Shown one piece after another: positions 8,249 to 17,668 of a DNA stretch of 40,497 nt. This DNA is from Chitinivibrionales bacterium (GTDB taxonomy: Bacteria > Fibrobacterota > Chitinivibrionia > Chitinivibrionales > WJKA01). Position numbers and translations under genes: made by a program. The stretch covers positions 1 through 40,497 of the forward strand of contig JBBRUX010000036.1 in the NCBI GenBank assembly GCA_038247415.1, given 5' to 3'. The notes under the pieces are model-generated. The model searched no databases. It saw nothing but the letters and a program-made list of their open reading frames with translations, and was not told the origin of the DNA. Every line of letters begins with the position of its first letter. Position 1 is the first letter of the stretch.

Positions 8249-9679
8249 ATGCCTTCACAGATTGATATTTGGGATACTTCAAAGTTTCTGGTTGCCGATA
8301 TACATCTCGCCGATTGGGGTCGCAAAGAGCTCGATATAGCTGAGCATGAGATGCCGGGTCTTATGTCTGTTCGGCAAAAATATGCTATCGAGAAACCTCT
8401 GGCGGGTGTTCGCATCACGGGCTCGTTGCACATGACCATTCAAACTGCGGTGCTTATCGAGACTCTTGTAAAGCTTGGAGCAACTGTTCGCTGGGCATCG
8501 TGCAATATCTTTTCAACACAAGATCATGCTGCTGCTGCCATTGCTAAAGTGGGAATCCCTGTTTTTGCATGGAAGGGTGAAACACTCGAAGATTATTGGG
8601 CTTGTACGTTTATGGCACTCATGCACGAAGGCGGTAAAGGTCCCCAGCTTATTGTTGATGATGGCGGTGATGCAACATTGCTTATTCATAAAGGTTTTGA
8701 GCTGGAAAATGGCGATACTTGGATCGACACAGCCTCAGCGAGCCACGAAGAACAAGTTATTAAAGATCTGCTCAAAAAAGTTCATGCAAAAAAGCCTACC
8801 ATCTGGCATGAATTTGTCAAGGAGTGGAAGGGCGTTTCCGAAGAAACAACCACAGGCGTACATCGCTTATATCAAATGGAAGCAGCCAAAAAGCTTCTTG
8901 TCCCAGCAATCAATGTAAACGACTCGGTTACTAAATCGAAGTTTGATAATATTTACGGGTGTCGTCATTCTTTGGTTGATGGTATCATGCGTGCTATGGA
9001 TGTTATGATTGCAGGAAAAGTGGCCCTTATTTGTGGCTTTGGTGACGTTGGCAAAGGTTCAGCAGATTCACTTGCTGGTCAAAAAGCTCAAGTCTGGGTA
9101 ACAGAAATCGATCCAATCTGTGCACTTCAGGCGTGTATGGCAGGTTTTAAAGTAACCACCGTCGAAGACGCTCTCCCAACTGCCGATATCTACGTTACAA
9201 CGACTGGCAACGCCGATATCATTACTGCAGAACATATGTCGAAAATGAAAGATCAGGCAATTGTTTGCAATATCGGCCACTTCGACAACGAAATCCAGGT
9301 CGAAAAACTTAAAAGCTGGCCTGGTGTAAAGCATATTAATATTAAGCCCCAGGTTGATAAGTATACCTTTGCCGATGGTCATTCGATCTATCTTTTGGCC
9401 GAGGGCCGCCTTGTTAATCTTGGTTGCGCAACTGGTCATCCTTCTTTTGTGATGAGCAATTCATTTGCAAATCAGACACTTGCCCAAATCGACCTTTGGA
9501 AAAATCGTGAAACACTCAAGGTTGGTGTGTATCGCTTGTCTAAAAAGCTCGATGAAGAAGTTGCCCGTTTGCATCTTGCAAAGCTAGGGGCAAAGCTTAC
9601 GAAGCTTTCTCAGGCGCAAGCCGATTACATTGGTGTGCCTGTTGACGGGCCTTATAAGCCAGAGCATTATCGCTATTAA
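8249..9679 (+). CDS. ahcY: Adenosylhomocysteinase (SAH hydrolase), long form with insertion
   Basis: Motifs [60 protein letters not shown] and C-terminal KPEHYRY. Confidence 0.98.
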   Translation: MPSQIDIWDTSKFLVADIHLADWGRKELDIAEHEMPGLMSVRQKYAIEKPLAGVRITGSLHMTIQTAVLIETLVKLGATVRWASCNIFSTQDHAAAAIAKVGIPVFAWKGETLEDYWACTFMALMHEGGKGPQLIVDDGGDATLLIHKGFELENGDTWIDTASASHEEQVIKDLLKKVHAKKPTIWHEFVKEWKGVSEETTTGVHRLYQMEAAKKLLVPAINVNDSVTKSKFDNIYGCRHSLVDGIMRAMDVMIAGKVALICGFGDVGKGSADSLAGQKAQVWVTEIDPICALQACMAGFKVTTVEDALPTADIYVTTTGNADIITAEHMSKMKDQAIVCNIGHFDNEIQVEKLKSWPGVKHINIKPQVDKYTFADGHSIYLLAEGRLVNLGCATGHPSFVMSNSFANQTLAQIDLWKNRETLKVGVYRLSKKLDEEVARLHLAKLGAKLTKLSQAQADYIGVPVDGPYKPEHYRY

Positions 9680-9718
9680 GTGCTCTTTGACTTCGAGTTT
9701 GTTTTAGATTGAAATGTG

Positions 9719-9752
9719 GGCTTTGGCAAGTATTCTTGCCAAGGCCTTTTTT
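9719..9752 (+). terminator. Intrinsic terminator of ahcY
   Basis: Hairpin ggctttggcaag-tatt-cttgccaaggcc followed by T6. Confidence 0.8.
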
Positions 9753-9945
9753 ATGAAACGGCAATTTGCTTATTGGGGCAGCACGTTGCACTAAAAGTGT
9801 TACGAACTTTTGGATTGATTGATTTTATAGTATTGTAAAGCTCGAGCCCTGTCGTATCGGGGAGAATCATGTCAAGAAGCACGCAGTCGAAGGTGTTCCC
9901 GGGATTCTTATAGTAATCGAGGGTTTGTTTTCCGGTGGCAAACAA
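9751..9945 (-). pseudogene. Internal fragment of a response-regulator receiver domain
   Basis: 'FATGKQTLDYY...FDCVLLDMILPDTTGLELYNTIKSINPKV' covers the REC beta3/phospho-Asp region only. The N-terminal acidic pair and the C-terminal KP motif are missing. Confidence 0.7.
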
Positions 9946-9949
9946 CTGC

Positions 9950-10231
9950 CATAGGAAGTCCGTTTTAAATAAGCCAGCCTCCCGGATAATAATTGGTATT
10001 GTCGAAACTGTAGCTCCCTATATGCATATCGATTTCGAGCGAACGGGATTGCGTGTGATATGAATTGAGCGGACTGCCAAGCGTTGCAGAACAACTCCCA
10101 ATTTCTTTGTCGAGAACGCGAAGAGCAATATAATAGGGCTTTGGCAAGGATGGAAGTTTAAGCTCATTCATCGAGCGGGAAAGCTCTGCTTCCATGGCTG
10201 CGAGAATGACCTGATCTTAACTCGCAAGAGC
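9950..10231 (-). pseudogene. N-terminal remnant of a second TldD/PmbA-family metallopeptidase subunit
   Basis: Reads ALAS*DQVILAAMEAELSRSMNELKL..PKPYYIALRV..SRSLEIDMHIGSYSFDNTNYYPGGWLI*NGLPM, with two in-frame TAA stops and then truncation. It is paralogous to the adjacent gene's 'RFLDVDIRVGSASFDNS' segment. Confidence 0.75.
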
Positions 10232-10235
10232 ACTC

Positions 10236-11510
10236 TGTATTAGTAAACCCTCCCATAATATCACAGAAGTAAAGGCCATACGGTTTTCCAAGGGCAGTAC
10301 ATTTTTTTATGAGCATGCTCTTTAGTTTGCCAAAAGATAGTGCTCAGGTAGATTCTACAATCAGATTTGATTGTCGTGAAGTTGGAATCATGCCTGGTGC
10401 TTTTCTGCCATGGCCATTTGATGAGGGAAAGCCCTGTATGGGTGCACGTGATGTTAAAAACCCGACAAGGACGCCGCGGTCTATAAGCTTGACGGGGAGC
10501 GCTTTTACCCCTTCGTCATCATACCGGTACGATCCATTCAAATCGTAGCGGCCAAATGTTTCAAGCGTCGGATCGGCACGAATAGACAGATTTTCGGGGA
10601 GTACTTTTTCGCCAACTTTTTTCTTGAATGTCTGACCATCATGATCACTCTTCATTCGTTGGGCTTCTAGCCGGTATCCGAGTATTTCATGAAAAAATAC
10701 GGCGGTTCCTTTACCAGATAAGATAGCGGGACCAGAATACGGCTCGATAACAGGTGCGCCGCGCAGTGCAGATAAACGAGAAACCATGGTATCTGCAAGG
10801 ACAACCAGCGCCGAGTCGGTGGGCAAATGGCCTAGAGTTTTGGCGGTAAAAAATTCGTAGAGAGGCATGTACATGCCATCATCGGCACGGGTATAGGCCG
10901 TAAGGGAAATTGTATATCGGGGAGCTCCCGCACGAATGCGCGATCCTTCATTATTTACAAACCATACAGTTGTAAGCGTGTACGAAAAATCGGCCTGCCC
11001 CGAAAGTATTCGTTGATCGGCGAGAAATCGGCTACTCGTCTTTGTAGTTTTTTGAATATAAGCACTGGTATCGGGCCTAAAGGCAAGTATAGAATCTAAA
11101 AACACCTCTGCGCGAGATGACGAAAAATCTGGGGCTGAACCATCGGCTACAACCCGGGTTTCTTTTTCGGTTTTGCAGCGCATGAGTTCTTCTACTGCTT
11201 CTTTATACATCTTATCGGTATGGTACCAGATCATGGCTTTCATGGCGGTGGTATCATTGTTAAGTGGCAGCAGCGTTGCTGGACGATAAAAATTGTCGCC
11301 AGTGGTTTGTAAACGATGTGAGTTATCAAATGAGGCAGACCCAACCCGGATGTCAACATCTAAGAATCGCTGACTACTTTCTGTATAGTGGGTAAGTGCT
11401 CCAAAAGAAGCCGAAACGGAGATGCTTTTTGCTGGGGTGGCTACAGGACTTGCCAAAAGTAAAGAAATAATGCATCGCAGTGCAAAAGAGATGCGAACAT
11501 TTGCATTCAT
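10236..11510 (-). pseudogene. Exported TldD/PmbA-family zinc metallopeptidase, disrupted
   Basis: Signal peptide; motifs YSGPAIL, FFHEILGYRLE (HExxGH-like, with Tyr in place of the second His), YDDEGV, SNGHGR. The frame continues past TGA 10346-10344 as ALSFGKLKSMLIKKCTALGKPYGLYFCDIMGGFTNT and then breaks at about 10236. Confidence 0.8.
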
Positions 11511-11554
11511 ACGGTAATCCTATAGAAAAAAATAATTAGCTTCCTTTGATCCGC

Positions 11555-11592
11555 TCGACCGAACCTCTCCCCAAGGGCGAGGGAGACTTGAC
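11555..11592. repeat. Degenerate REP-like palindrome (cctctcccc...gagggaga type)
   Basis: Imperfect hairpin acctctccccaagggcgagggagacttg in the intergenic region; only one copy in the window. Confidence 0.35.
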
Positions 11593-11657
11593 CCTGTGGA
11601 TAGAGCTTTGATTTCATTCAGAGCGATATCAGAATGTTCCCAGTCAAAAAAAAATCC

Positions 11658-12935
11658 CTATTTTTTTGGAGTTTTTTTTGCAATGACACTTTTTCCTGTT
11701 TTCCCCGTTTGTACCTGATTTCTCCCGCCTTCTTTTGCTTTGTAAAGGGCCTTGTCAGCAGCTTCTATTACTTGAACAATAGTCTGATCTTTTTCTTCGC
11801 GATGGGATATGCCACTTGAGAGGGTGACGCAGATAGTTTTTTTGCCGCTGATGGTTTTGTGTTTTTCGATGGCTACACGGACTTTTTCCAGTATCGGCGC
11901 AGCTTCTTTGGTGGTAGTTTGGGGGAAAAAAACGGCAAGTTCCTCGCCACCGTAGCGACAAACAATTCCACTTGGGCCTATGGTAGTGTGAACCGTTTGT
12001 GCAACAGCATGCAAAACCGCATCGCCAGCTTGGTGGCCGTAGGTATCATTTACTTTCTTAAAATGATCAATGTCCAGCATTGCAACCGTGAAGGGTGGGA
12101 GCGTATTAACTGACGATTGTTCGGTAATAATACGGGTGCAAAAGTTGCGGTTGTAAATGTGGAGCAACGGGTCGTAGGATATCTTATGCTCCATGCGGGA
12201 AAAAAGATGAATGAGGATACCAATGCAGTAGGTAATGAGAGCTCCGCAGATGAGCAGCTCTACAAGGCTGATATCCCCTTTTAGCGTAAGAAGGATAACC
12301 CAGGCTGTGCTTAGAAAAAGTGCGCAGCTGCAAAAAACTCCCCCTAAATGAAACGAATGCGACAGACGAAAGACGCTTAAGGTGATAACAATGCTTAAAA
12401 AACCTATACAAAGTAAGAATGGCCAGGAAAAAAAACCGGGGAGACTAACGGTTTGCATAAAATCGGTAGCATGGGGGCTAAATCGGAACACCAGAAGGGT
12501 TATGATTTCTATGCAGCATATTGCTATGGTAATATCCCGTGTGAGGCGAAAGGTACTTTGTGTAGGCAAGAGTAGCGGCAGCAGGGTGTTGACGCACAAT
12601 ATAAGAAGAAGAGCAGCAGCTGTAAATAGACCAGTTGGCGGAAGAGGAAGGGAAAAAGGATTAGAGCAGAGGAGAAAATAGATAGCACTTGCAAGGCCAA
12701 TAAGATAACCACTCACAAAAACCGTGAGATTTTGTACACGTCGATAGGATGAGTGTCCAAGAACTAATACAAGCAAGGATAGGGCAATGCCAGATATAGG
12801 AATAATCTTTGTGTAAAGAGAAGGAAACAGATGTTTGGGATATGCAGCATACAGGGCAAACAGACCAGGCATAAGCGCTATGCTGCCTATAAGAATGGCA
12901 ATGCCAAAACGAGTTTTACCTTGAGTGGTTAGCAT
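11658..12935 (-). CDS. Membrane-anchored diguanylate cyclase (multi-TM sensor plus GGDEF domain)
   Basis: About 8 hydrophobic segments, then DPLLHIYNR, MLDIDHFKKVNDTYGHQAGD, RYGGEEL and ADKALYKAKEGGRN. Confidence 0.92.
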   Translation of the reverse strand: MLTTQGKTRFGIAILIGSIALMPGLFALYAAYPKHLFPSLYTKIIPISGIALSLLVLVLGHSSYRRVQNLTVFVSGYLIGLASAIYFLLCSNPFSLPLPPTGLFTAAALLLILCVNTLLPLLLPTQSTFRLTRDITIAICCIEIITLLVFRFSPHATDFMQTVSLPGFFSWPFLLCIGFLSIVITLSVFRLSHSFHLGGVFCSCALFLSTAWVILLTLKGDISLVELLICGALITYCIGILIHLFSRMEHKISYDPLLHIYNRNFCTRIITEQSSVNTLPPFTVAMLDIDHFKKVNDTYGHQAGDAVLHAVAQTVHTTIGPSGIVCRYGGEELAVFFPQTTTKEAAPILEKVRVAIEKHKTISGKKTICVTLSSGISHREEKDQTIVQVIEAADKALYKAKEGGRNQVQTGKTGKSVIAKKTPKK

Positions 12936-12948
12936 AGAGCTTGACGTT

Positions 12949-14286
12949 TTACCGTGTAGGAATTTTACGGTAAAGTGATGCGAGAGAAATTCCCAATGCC
13001 TCGGAAGCGGCTTTGCGGTCTCCTTTGAAATGCTCGAGCGCAGCTGCGATGTGAGTAAGTTCTATGGAGTTTAAATCCCACGACGATGGGGGTGGGGATC
13101 CCTGTACTACGGGTGTTGATAATGGGGCATCTGATGGCTCGAGAACGCCGGAAAAATGATGCAAGCTCAGTGGGCCTCCATGAGCAAAAAGCATTGCTCG
13201 TTCCAGCACATTTTTGAGTTCTCGGATGTTTCCTGGCCAGGTATAGGTTACCAAGGCATCGATAACATCGACCGACGGCATTGACGATGATGGATTTATC
13301 TTCTTAAGAAGAAAGGCAATAAGACCAGGGATGTCGTCTTGACGTGATGATAAGCTGGGCAAATGAATGGGGAAAATGGCAATGCGATAAAAAAGATCCG
13401 ATCGAAAAGAGCCATCTGCAACGGCTGTTTTGAGGTCCTTGTTGGTAGCAGCAATGAGCCGGAAATTACTTTGCCGCAAACGGCTCTCTCCAATCCGACG
13501 GAAGGTGCGTTCTTCGAGTGTTTTGAGTAGTTGCGCCTGCACTTCTTTGTCCATATCACCAATTTCATCAAGAAAGAGCGTTCCGCCGTGGGCTACTTCA
13601 ATGAGGCCATCCTGATCTCGAATTGCAGATGTAAAGGAGCCTTTGGCATGACCAAAAAGCTCGCTGCGCAACAGATCGCCCCGCAAGGCAGAGCAATTGA
13701 GTTCTACAAATGGTTCGGTAGCGCGTGATCCGGCATTGTGTATCCAGTGTGCGAGCACGCCTTTCCCGGTACCGGTTTCCCCGGTGATGAGGGTGACAGC
13801 ATCAGACTCGGCAGCTACCGAAGCTGCTTCACGAACTGGAACCATTGCCCGACTTTCACCAAAAAAGGAGTCGTCGGTTTTTATAAGACGTTTGCGAACG
13901 CCTTCTTTACGTCGCAGTGATGCGAGCTCGAGGCATTTTTCGAGTGTTGCAACCAATGCCTCCATGTTGACGGGTTTTGTGAGAAAGTCGTCGGCTCCGC
14001 CATGAAGTGCCTTAACTGCGGTTGGAATATCGGATGTTCCGCTGATAATAAGAACTGCCATCGAAGGGTAGGAGGTTCGAACCGTAGAAATGATATCAAG
14101 CGAAGAGCCGTCGGGAAGGGAGATATCAAGGATCGCACCATCAAATTCCTGTGCTAGCAGTGCTTCGTTGGCTTTGGCCAGTGATTCGGCTGCTGTAATA
14201 ATAAAGTCGTATCGGGAAAGATAGCGTGTGTATCCGAACACAGCGGCGGCATCATCTTCGACAATGAGGATTCTCTTATTTTTCAT
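12949..14286 (-). CDS. Sigma54-dependent response regulator (NtrC family: REC-AAA+-HTH)
   Basis: Preferred start ATG 14286 (MKNKRILIVEDD). Phospho-Asp in ILDISLPDG, Walker A GETGTGK, ELFGHAKGSFTSA, Walker B LFLDEIG, WPGNIRELKN and a Fis-type HTH. Confidence 0.95.
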   Translation of the reverse strand: MKNKRILIVEDDAAAVFGYTRYLSRYDFIITAAESLAKANEALLAQEFDGAILDISLPDGSSLDIISTVRTSYPSMAVLIISGTSDIPTAVKALHGGADDFLTKPVNMEALVATLEKCLELASLRRKEGVRKRLIKTDDSFFGESRAMVPVREAASVAAESDAVTLITGETGTGKGVLAHWIHNAGSRATEPFVELNCSALRGDLLRSELFGHAKGSFTSAIRDQDGLIEVAHGGTLFLDEIGDMDKEVQAQLLKTLEERTFRRIGESRLRQSNFRLIAATNKDLKTAVADGSFRSDLFYRIAIFPIHLPSLSSRQDDIPGLIAFLLKKINPSSSMPSVDVIDALVTYTWPGNIRELKNVLERAMLFAHGGPLSLHHFSGVLEPSDAPLSTPVVQGSPPPSSWDLNSIELTHIAAALEHFKGDRKAASEALGISLASLYRKIPTR

Positions 14287-14376
14287 CGTATTAAAATGGT
14301 TTGGGGCTACGGGTAGCGCAACGCAAAAAATGCGGTTCCCAGTAACTATTTTTATTTCTTTCAAGGAGTGTTATTA

Positions 14377-15660
14377 ATGTATTGGAACATAGAACCTTCG
14401 GTGTTGTCGGGCACGATAGCCATTCCACCATCAAAATCACATACCATTCGCGCTATTCTCATTGCCACGCTTGCAGAAGGGGATTCGATTATTAAAAATC
14501 CACTCCTTATGGGAGATGGCCGTTCTGCCATTGAAGTAGCTCGTGCTCTGGGTGCCGTTATCAAGGAAAAAGATGGTAATCTGCATGTTCGTGGAGCAGG
14601 GCCTGCGCCCAAAGAGGGGTCAGAACATCTGTATGCCGGAAATAGTGGCACCACGACAAACCTTTTTACCGCCGCCGCGTGTTTGTCGGGAAGAAAACGC
14701 ATATTTGATGGGGATGGATCGCTTCGTACTCGACCCGTTAGACCGCTTCTCGATGCACTTTCTGGTCTTGGCGCTACGTATGTCATCGATTCACATGCCC
14801 AGAAAGATATTCCCTTCGCGATAACTGGTCCCCTTATAGGCGGTACAACCGAAGTAAACGGCATTTCGTCGCAGTTTGTATCTTCGTTGCTCTTTACAAC
14901 ACCGCTCTTGTCGGCAGATACTATTATTAACGTTGTCAATATTCAGGAAAAACCCTACATCGAGTTGACTTTATGGTGGCTACGAAAAATGGGCATAACG
15001 TTTGTCGCTGCACAAGATCTATCCCGATTTGTTGTTACGGGCAATCAGCGGTACACTCCTTTTGAGCTTGAAATTCCAGCAGATTTTTCTAGTGCAACAT
15101 TCGCTGCTGTTGGGGCTGCGGTTACCCGTTCGAAGGTTCTTTTAACAGGCCTCGATTTTTCTGATCCTCAGGGTGATAAACTCGTATGTGAGGTGCTTAA
15201 ATCCTTTGGTGCCACGGTAACGCATACCAGTGCAGGTGTGGCAATAAGCGCAGAAAATCAGCTTCGGGGTTGCACCGTTGATCTTGGCAGCATGCCCGAT
15301 GCCCTGCCGGCAATTGCAGTACTTGCAACCGCCGCAGAAGGAACAACGCATATTGTAAATGTTGCCCATGCCAGGATTAAAGAAACCGATCGGATACGCG
15401 TTATGGCCACAGAACTTACGAAAATGGGGGCCATTGTCCAAGAGCGTGAGGATGGGTTGATTATTACTGGTTCGCCTCTTGTCGGCGCTAAAGTAAACGG
15501 CTACGATGACCATCGGGTTGTTATGGCGCTCACCCTTGCTGGTTTGTGTGCAAGCGGACGCACTACGGTGGATACCGTTGAAGCTGCAGCAGTTACTTAT
15601 CCAAGCTTTGCAGAAGATTTTAAAGCATTGGGTGCGCACATTGCTCTGGGAGGGTCCTGA
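14377..15660 (+). CDS. aroA: 3-phosphoshikimate 1-carboxyvinyltransferase
   Basis: Motifs PPSKSH, GNSGTT, SSQFVSSLL, RIKETDRI, DDHRVVMA and YPSF. Start ATG 14377 follows RBS aaggag. Confidence 0.96.
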   Translation: MYWNIEPSVLSGTIAIPPSKSHTIRAILIATLAEGDSIIKNPLLMGDGRSAIEVARALGAVIKEKDGNLHVRGAGPAPKEGSEHLYAGNSGTTTNLFTAAACLSGRKRIFDGDGSLRTRPVRPLLDALSGLGATYVIDSHAQKDIPFAITGPLIGGTTEVNGISSQFVSSLLFTTPLLSADTIINVVNIQEKPYIELTLWWLRKMGITFVAAQDLSRFVVTGNQRYTPFELEIPADFSSATFAAVGAAVTRSKVLLTGLDFSDPQGDKLVCEVLKSFGATVTHTSAGVAISAENQLRGCTVDLGSMPDALPAIAVLATAAEGTTHIVNVAHARIKETDRIRVMATELTKMGAIVQEREDGLIITGSPLVGAKVNGYDDHRVVMALTLAGLCASGRTTVDTVEAAAVTYPSFAEDFKALGAHIALGGS

Positions 15661-15662
15661 TT

Positions 15663-16763
15663 GTGGAGCGTATATCGGTAAAACTTTCTCATACAGAATA
15701 CGACATTATTGTTGAAAACGGTTTGCGAACACGTGTTCCAACCGTACTTCGTGAACGATTTCCCAAAGCGCGCATTGTCCTTGTGGTAACCTCGGTTATG
15801 AATGACCTTTATCGTTTACTTATAGAGCAGTGGTCGCAAGAGCTTAATCTGGTTGTGTGTGTTGTTCCCGATGGCGAAGAATTTAAATTGTTGTCGACAT
15901 GGGAACAAATTCTGGCAACAATGCTTTCTGCCCGATTAGACAGATCTACCGTGGTTATGGCACTTGGTGGAGGGGTTGTGGGTGATATGGCTGGGTTTGC
16001 TGCTGCAACATATTTGCGGGGAGTAGCCTGCGTCCAGATTCCAACAACACTTCTTGCAATGGTAGACTCCTCTATAGGTGGAAAAACAGGTGTTAATCAT
16101 GCGATGGGAAAAAACATGATTGGCGCATTTCATCAACCAGCGCTCGTACTTGCAGATCCAGAATTTTTAACCACGCTGCCTAAGCGAGAATATGCTGCCG
16201 GATACGCCGAGCTTTTTAAGAATGCTTTTATCGGTGGGCCCGAGATGTTTTCTTTTGTTAAAGAGAATCATGCAGCTATGGTTGCGGGAAATCACACGGT
16301 ACTGGCGCAGGGTATTTTTAAAAGTATGGCCATTAAGGCAAGAGTAGTCATGGCAGATGAACGGGAGACAACAGGTACCCGTGCATTGCTTAATTTTGGT
16401 CATACGTTTGCTCATGCTATCGAGCATTTCTTTCATTTTAAAGGTGTCATCCATGGCGAGGCAGTGTGGTATGGTATCGCATGCGCCTTGGAACTTGGTA
16501 TACGAATTGGAACTATCGAGCCTCACAATGAGCCTGAGTATCGCACTATGCTCGACAGTATTCAGTTCCCAACTTTACCTGCAATGCCTAATCCAGAACT
16601 CCTTCTTGCTGCAATGGCTTCCGATAAAAAAGTTGTGGATGGTGCAATCCGATTTGTGCTGCCAACAACCCTGGGGACTTCCGTTTCAGGCGTGGAAGCT
16701 GATCATCGCAGTGTCCTGTCGGGTATGGAGAAGGTGTTTAGTCAGAGAATGCCAAAGACTTAG
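15663..16763 (+). CDS. aroB: 3-dehydroquinate synthase
   Basis: Motifs PDGEEFK, GGGVVGD, PTTLLAMVDSSIGGKTG, LNFGHTFAHA, HGEAV and DKK. Confidence 0.97.
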   Translation: MERISVKLSHTEYDIIVENGLRTRVPTVLRERFPKARIVLVVTSVMNDLYRLLIEQWSQELNLVVCVVPDGEEFKLLSTWEQILATMLSARLDRSTVVMALGGGVVGDMAGFAAATYLRGVACVQIPTTLLAMVDSSIGGKTGVNHAMGKNMIGAFHQPALVLADPEFLTTLPKREYAAGYAELFKNAFIGGPEMFSFVKENHAAMVAGNHTVLAQGIFKSMAIKARVVMADERETTGTRALLNFGHTFAHAIEHFFHFKGVIHGEAVWYGIACALELGIRIGTIEPHNEPEYRTMLDSIQFPTLPAMPNPELLLAAMASDKKVVDGAIRFVLPTTLGTSVSGVEADHRSVLSGMEKVFSQRMPKT

Positions 16764-16945
16764 GGCAATCGCCGCGAAAGCTTTGTTCAACAGTAAATAG
16801 CATCTGCATTGCTGGGTAAGCCTGTCGCGTTCTATTTTAACAGGCCGTGAAATAAATAATTTTGAATCTGCTACGCATATATAAAAAATGCGTGAAATTT
16901 GAAGTTGAGTGCACAAGTCACCCTAAAAATTTTGATGGTGGTATC

Positions 16946-17668
16946 ATGGATGCAAGTTCGACCCTTATCATTATTCCTACCTATAACGAACGTGAGAATA
17001 TAACCGAAATAATTCCCAAGATTCGTGAGGTTGTTCCGGGTGTTCATATTTTGGTTGTAGACGATAACTCTCCCGATGGCACTGCCGGCTTGGTTGTGGA
17101 GCTTGGGGAGCGGTTGGGGAATATTTTTGTTTTGAATAGACCTAAAAAAGAGGGGTTAGGCAGAGCCTATATTGCAGGGTTTGGATGGGCACTAGCTCGC
17201 GATTACGAACGCATTTTTGAAATGGATGCCGATTTTTCGCATGATCCAAAATATCTTCCGGCAATGCTTGCTGCGTCGGAAACCGCGGATCTTGTGATTG
17301 GCTCCCGATACTTAACCGGTGTCAATGTTGTCAATTGGCCCATGAGCCGATTGCTTATAAGCTATGGTGGCAATATGTTCGCGCGTATTGTGGCAGGGAT
17401 CCCGGTTCGCGATTGTACCGCAGGATTCAAATGTTTTAGGCGTAAAGTATTGCAAGCGCTTCCGCTTGATAAAATAGGATCTTCGGGATATTCTTTCCAA
17501 ATAGAAATGAACTTTTATACTTGGAAAAAAGGCTTTGTTATTCAGGAAGTCCCTATTGTTTTTACCGATCGTAAAGCAGGGGTTTCAAAAATGTCTACCA
17601 AGATTGTACGAGAAGCCCTCCTTCTGTTGTGGAAACTTCGGTTTCTTTCCATGTTTGCCAAGGTCTAA
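16946..17668 (+). CDS. Polyprenol monophosphomannose synthase (DPM1-like GT2)
   Basis: Motifs IIPTYNERENI, VVDDNSPDGT, EMDADFSHDP, GSRY, DCTAGFK, GYSFQIE and FTDR..G.SKM. Start ATG 16946. Confidence 0.9.
   Translation: MDASSTLIIIPTYNERENITEIIPKIREVVPGVHILVVDDNSPDGTAGLVVELGERLGNIFVLNRPKKEGLGRAYIAGFGWALARDYERIFEMDADFSHDPKYLPAMLAASETADLVIGSRYLTGVNVVNWPMSRLLISYGGNMFARIVAGIPVRDCTAGFKCFRRKVLQALPLDKIGSSGYSFQIEMNFYTWKKGFVIQEVPIVFTDRKAGVSKMSTKIVREALLLLWKLRFLSMFAKV

Noticed and set aside
10344..10346. Selenocysteine or programmed read-through at the TldD TGA
   Set aside because: The position is not an evident catalytic Cys site, and the locus has other stops and deletions, so decay is the simpler explanation.
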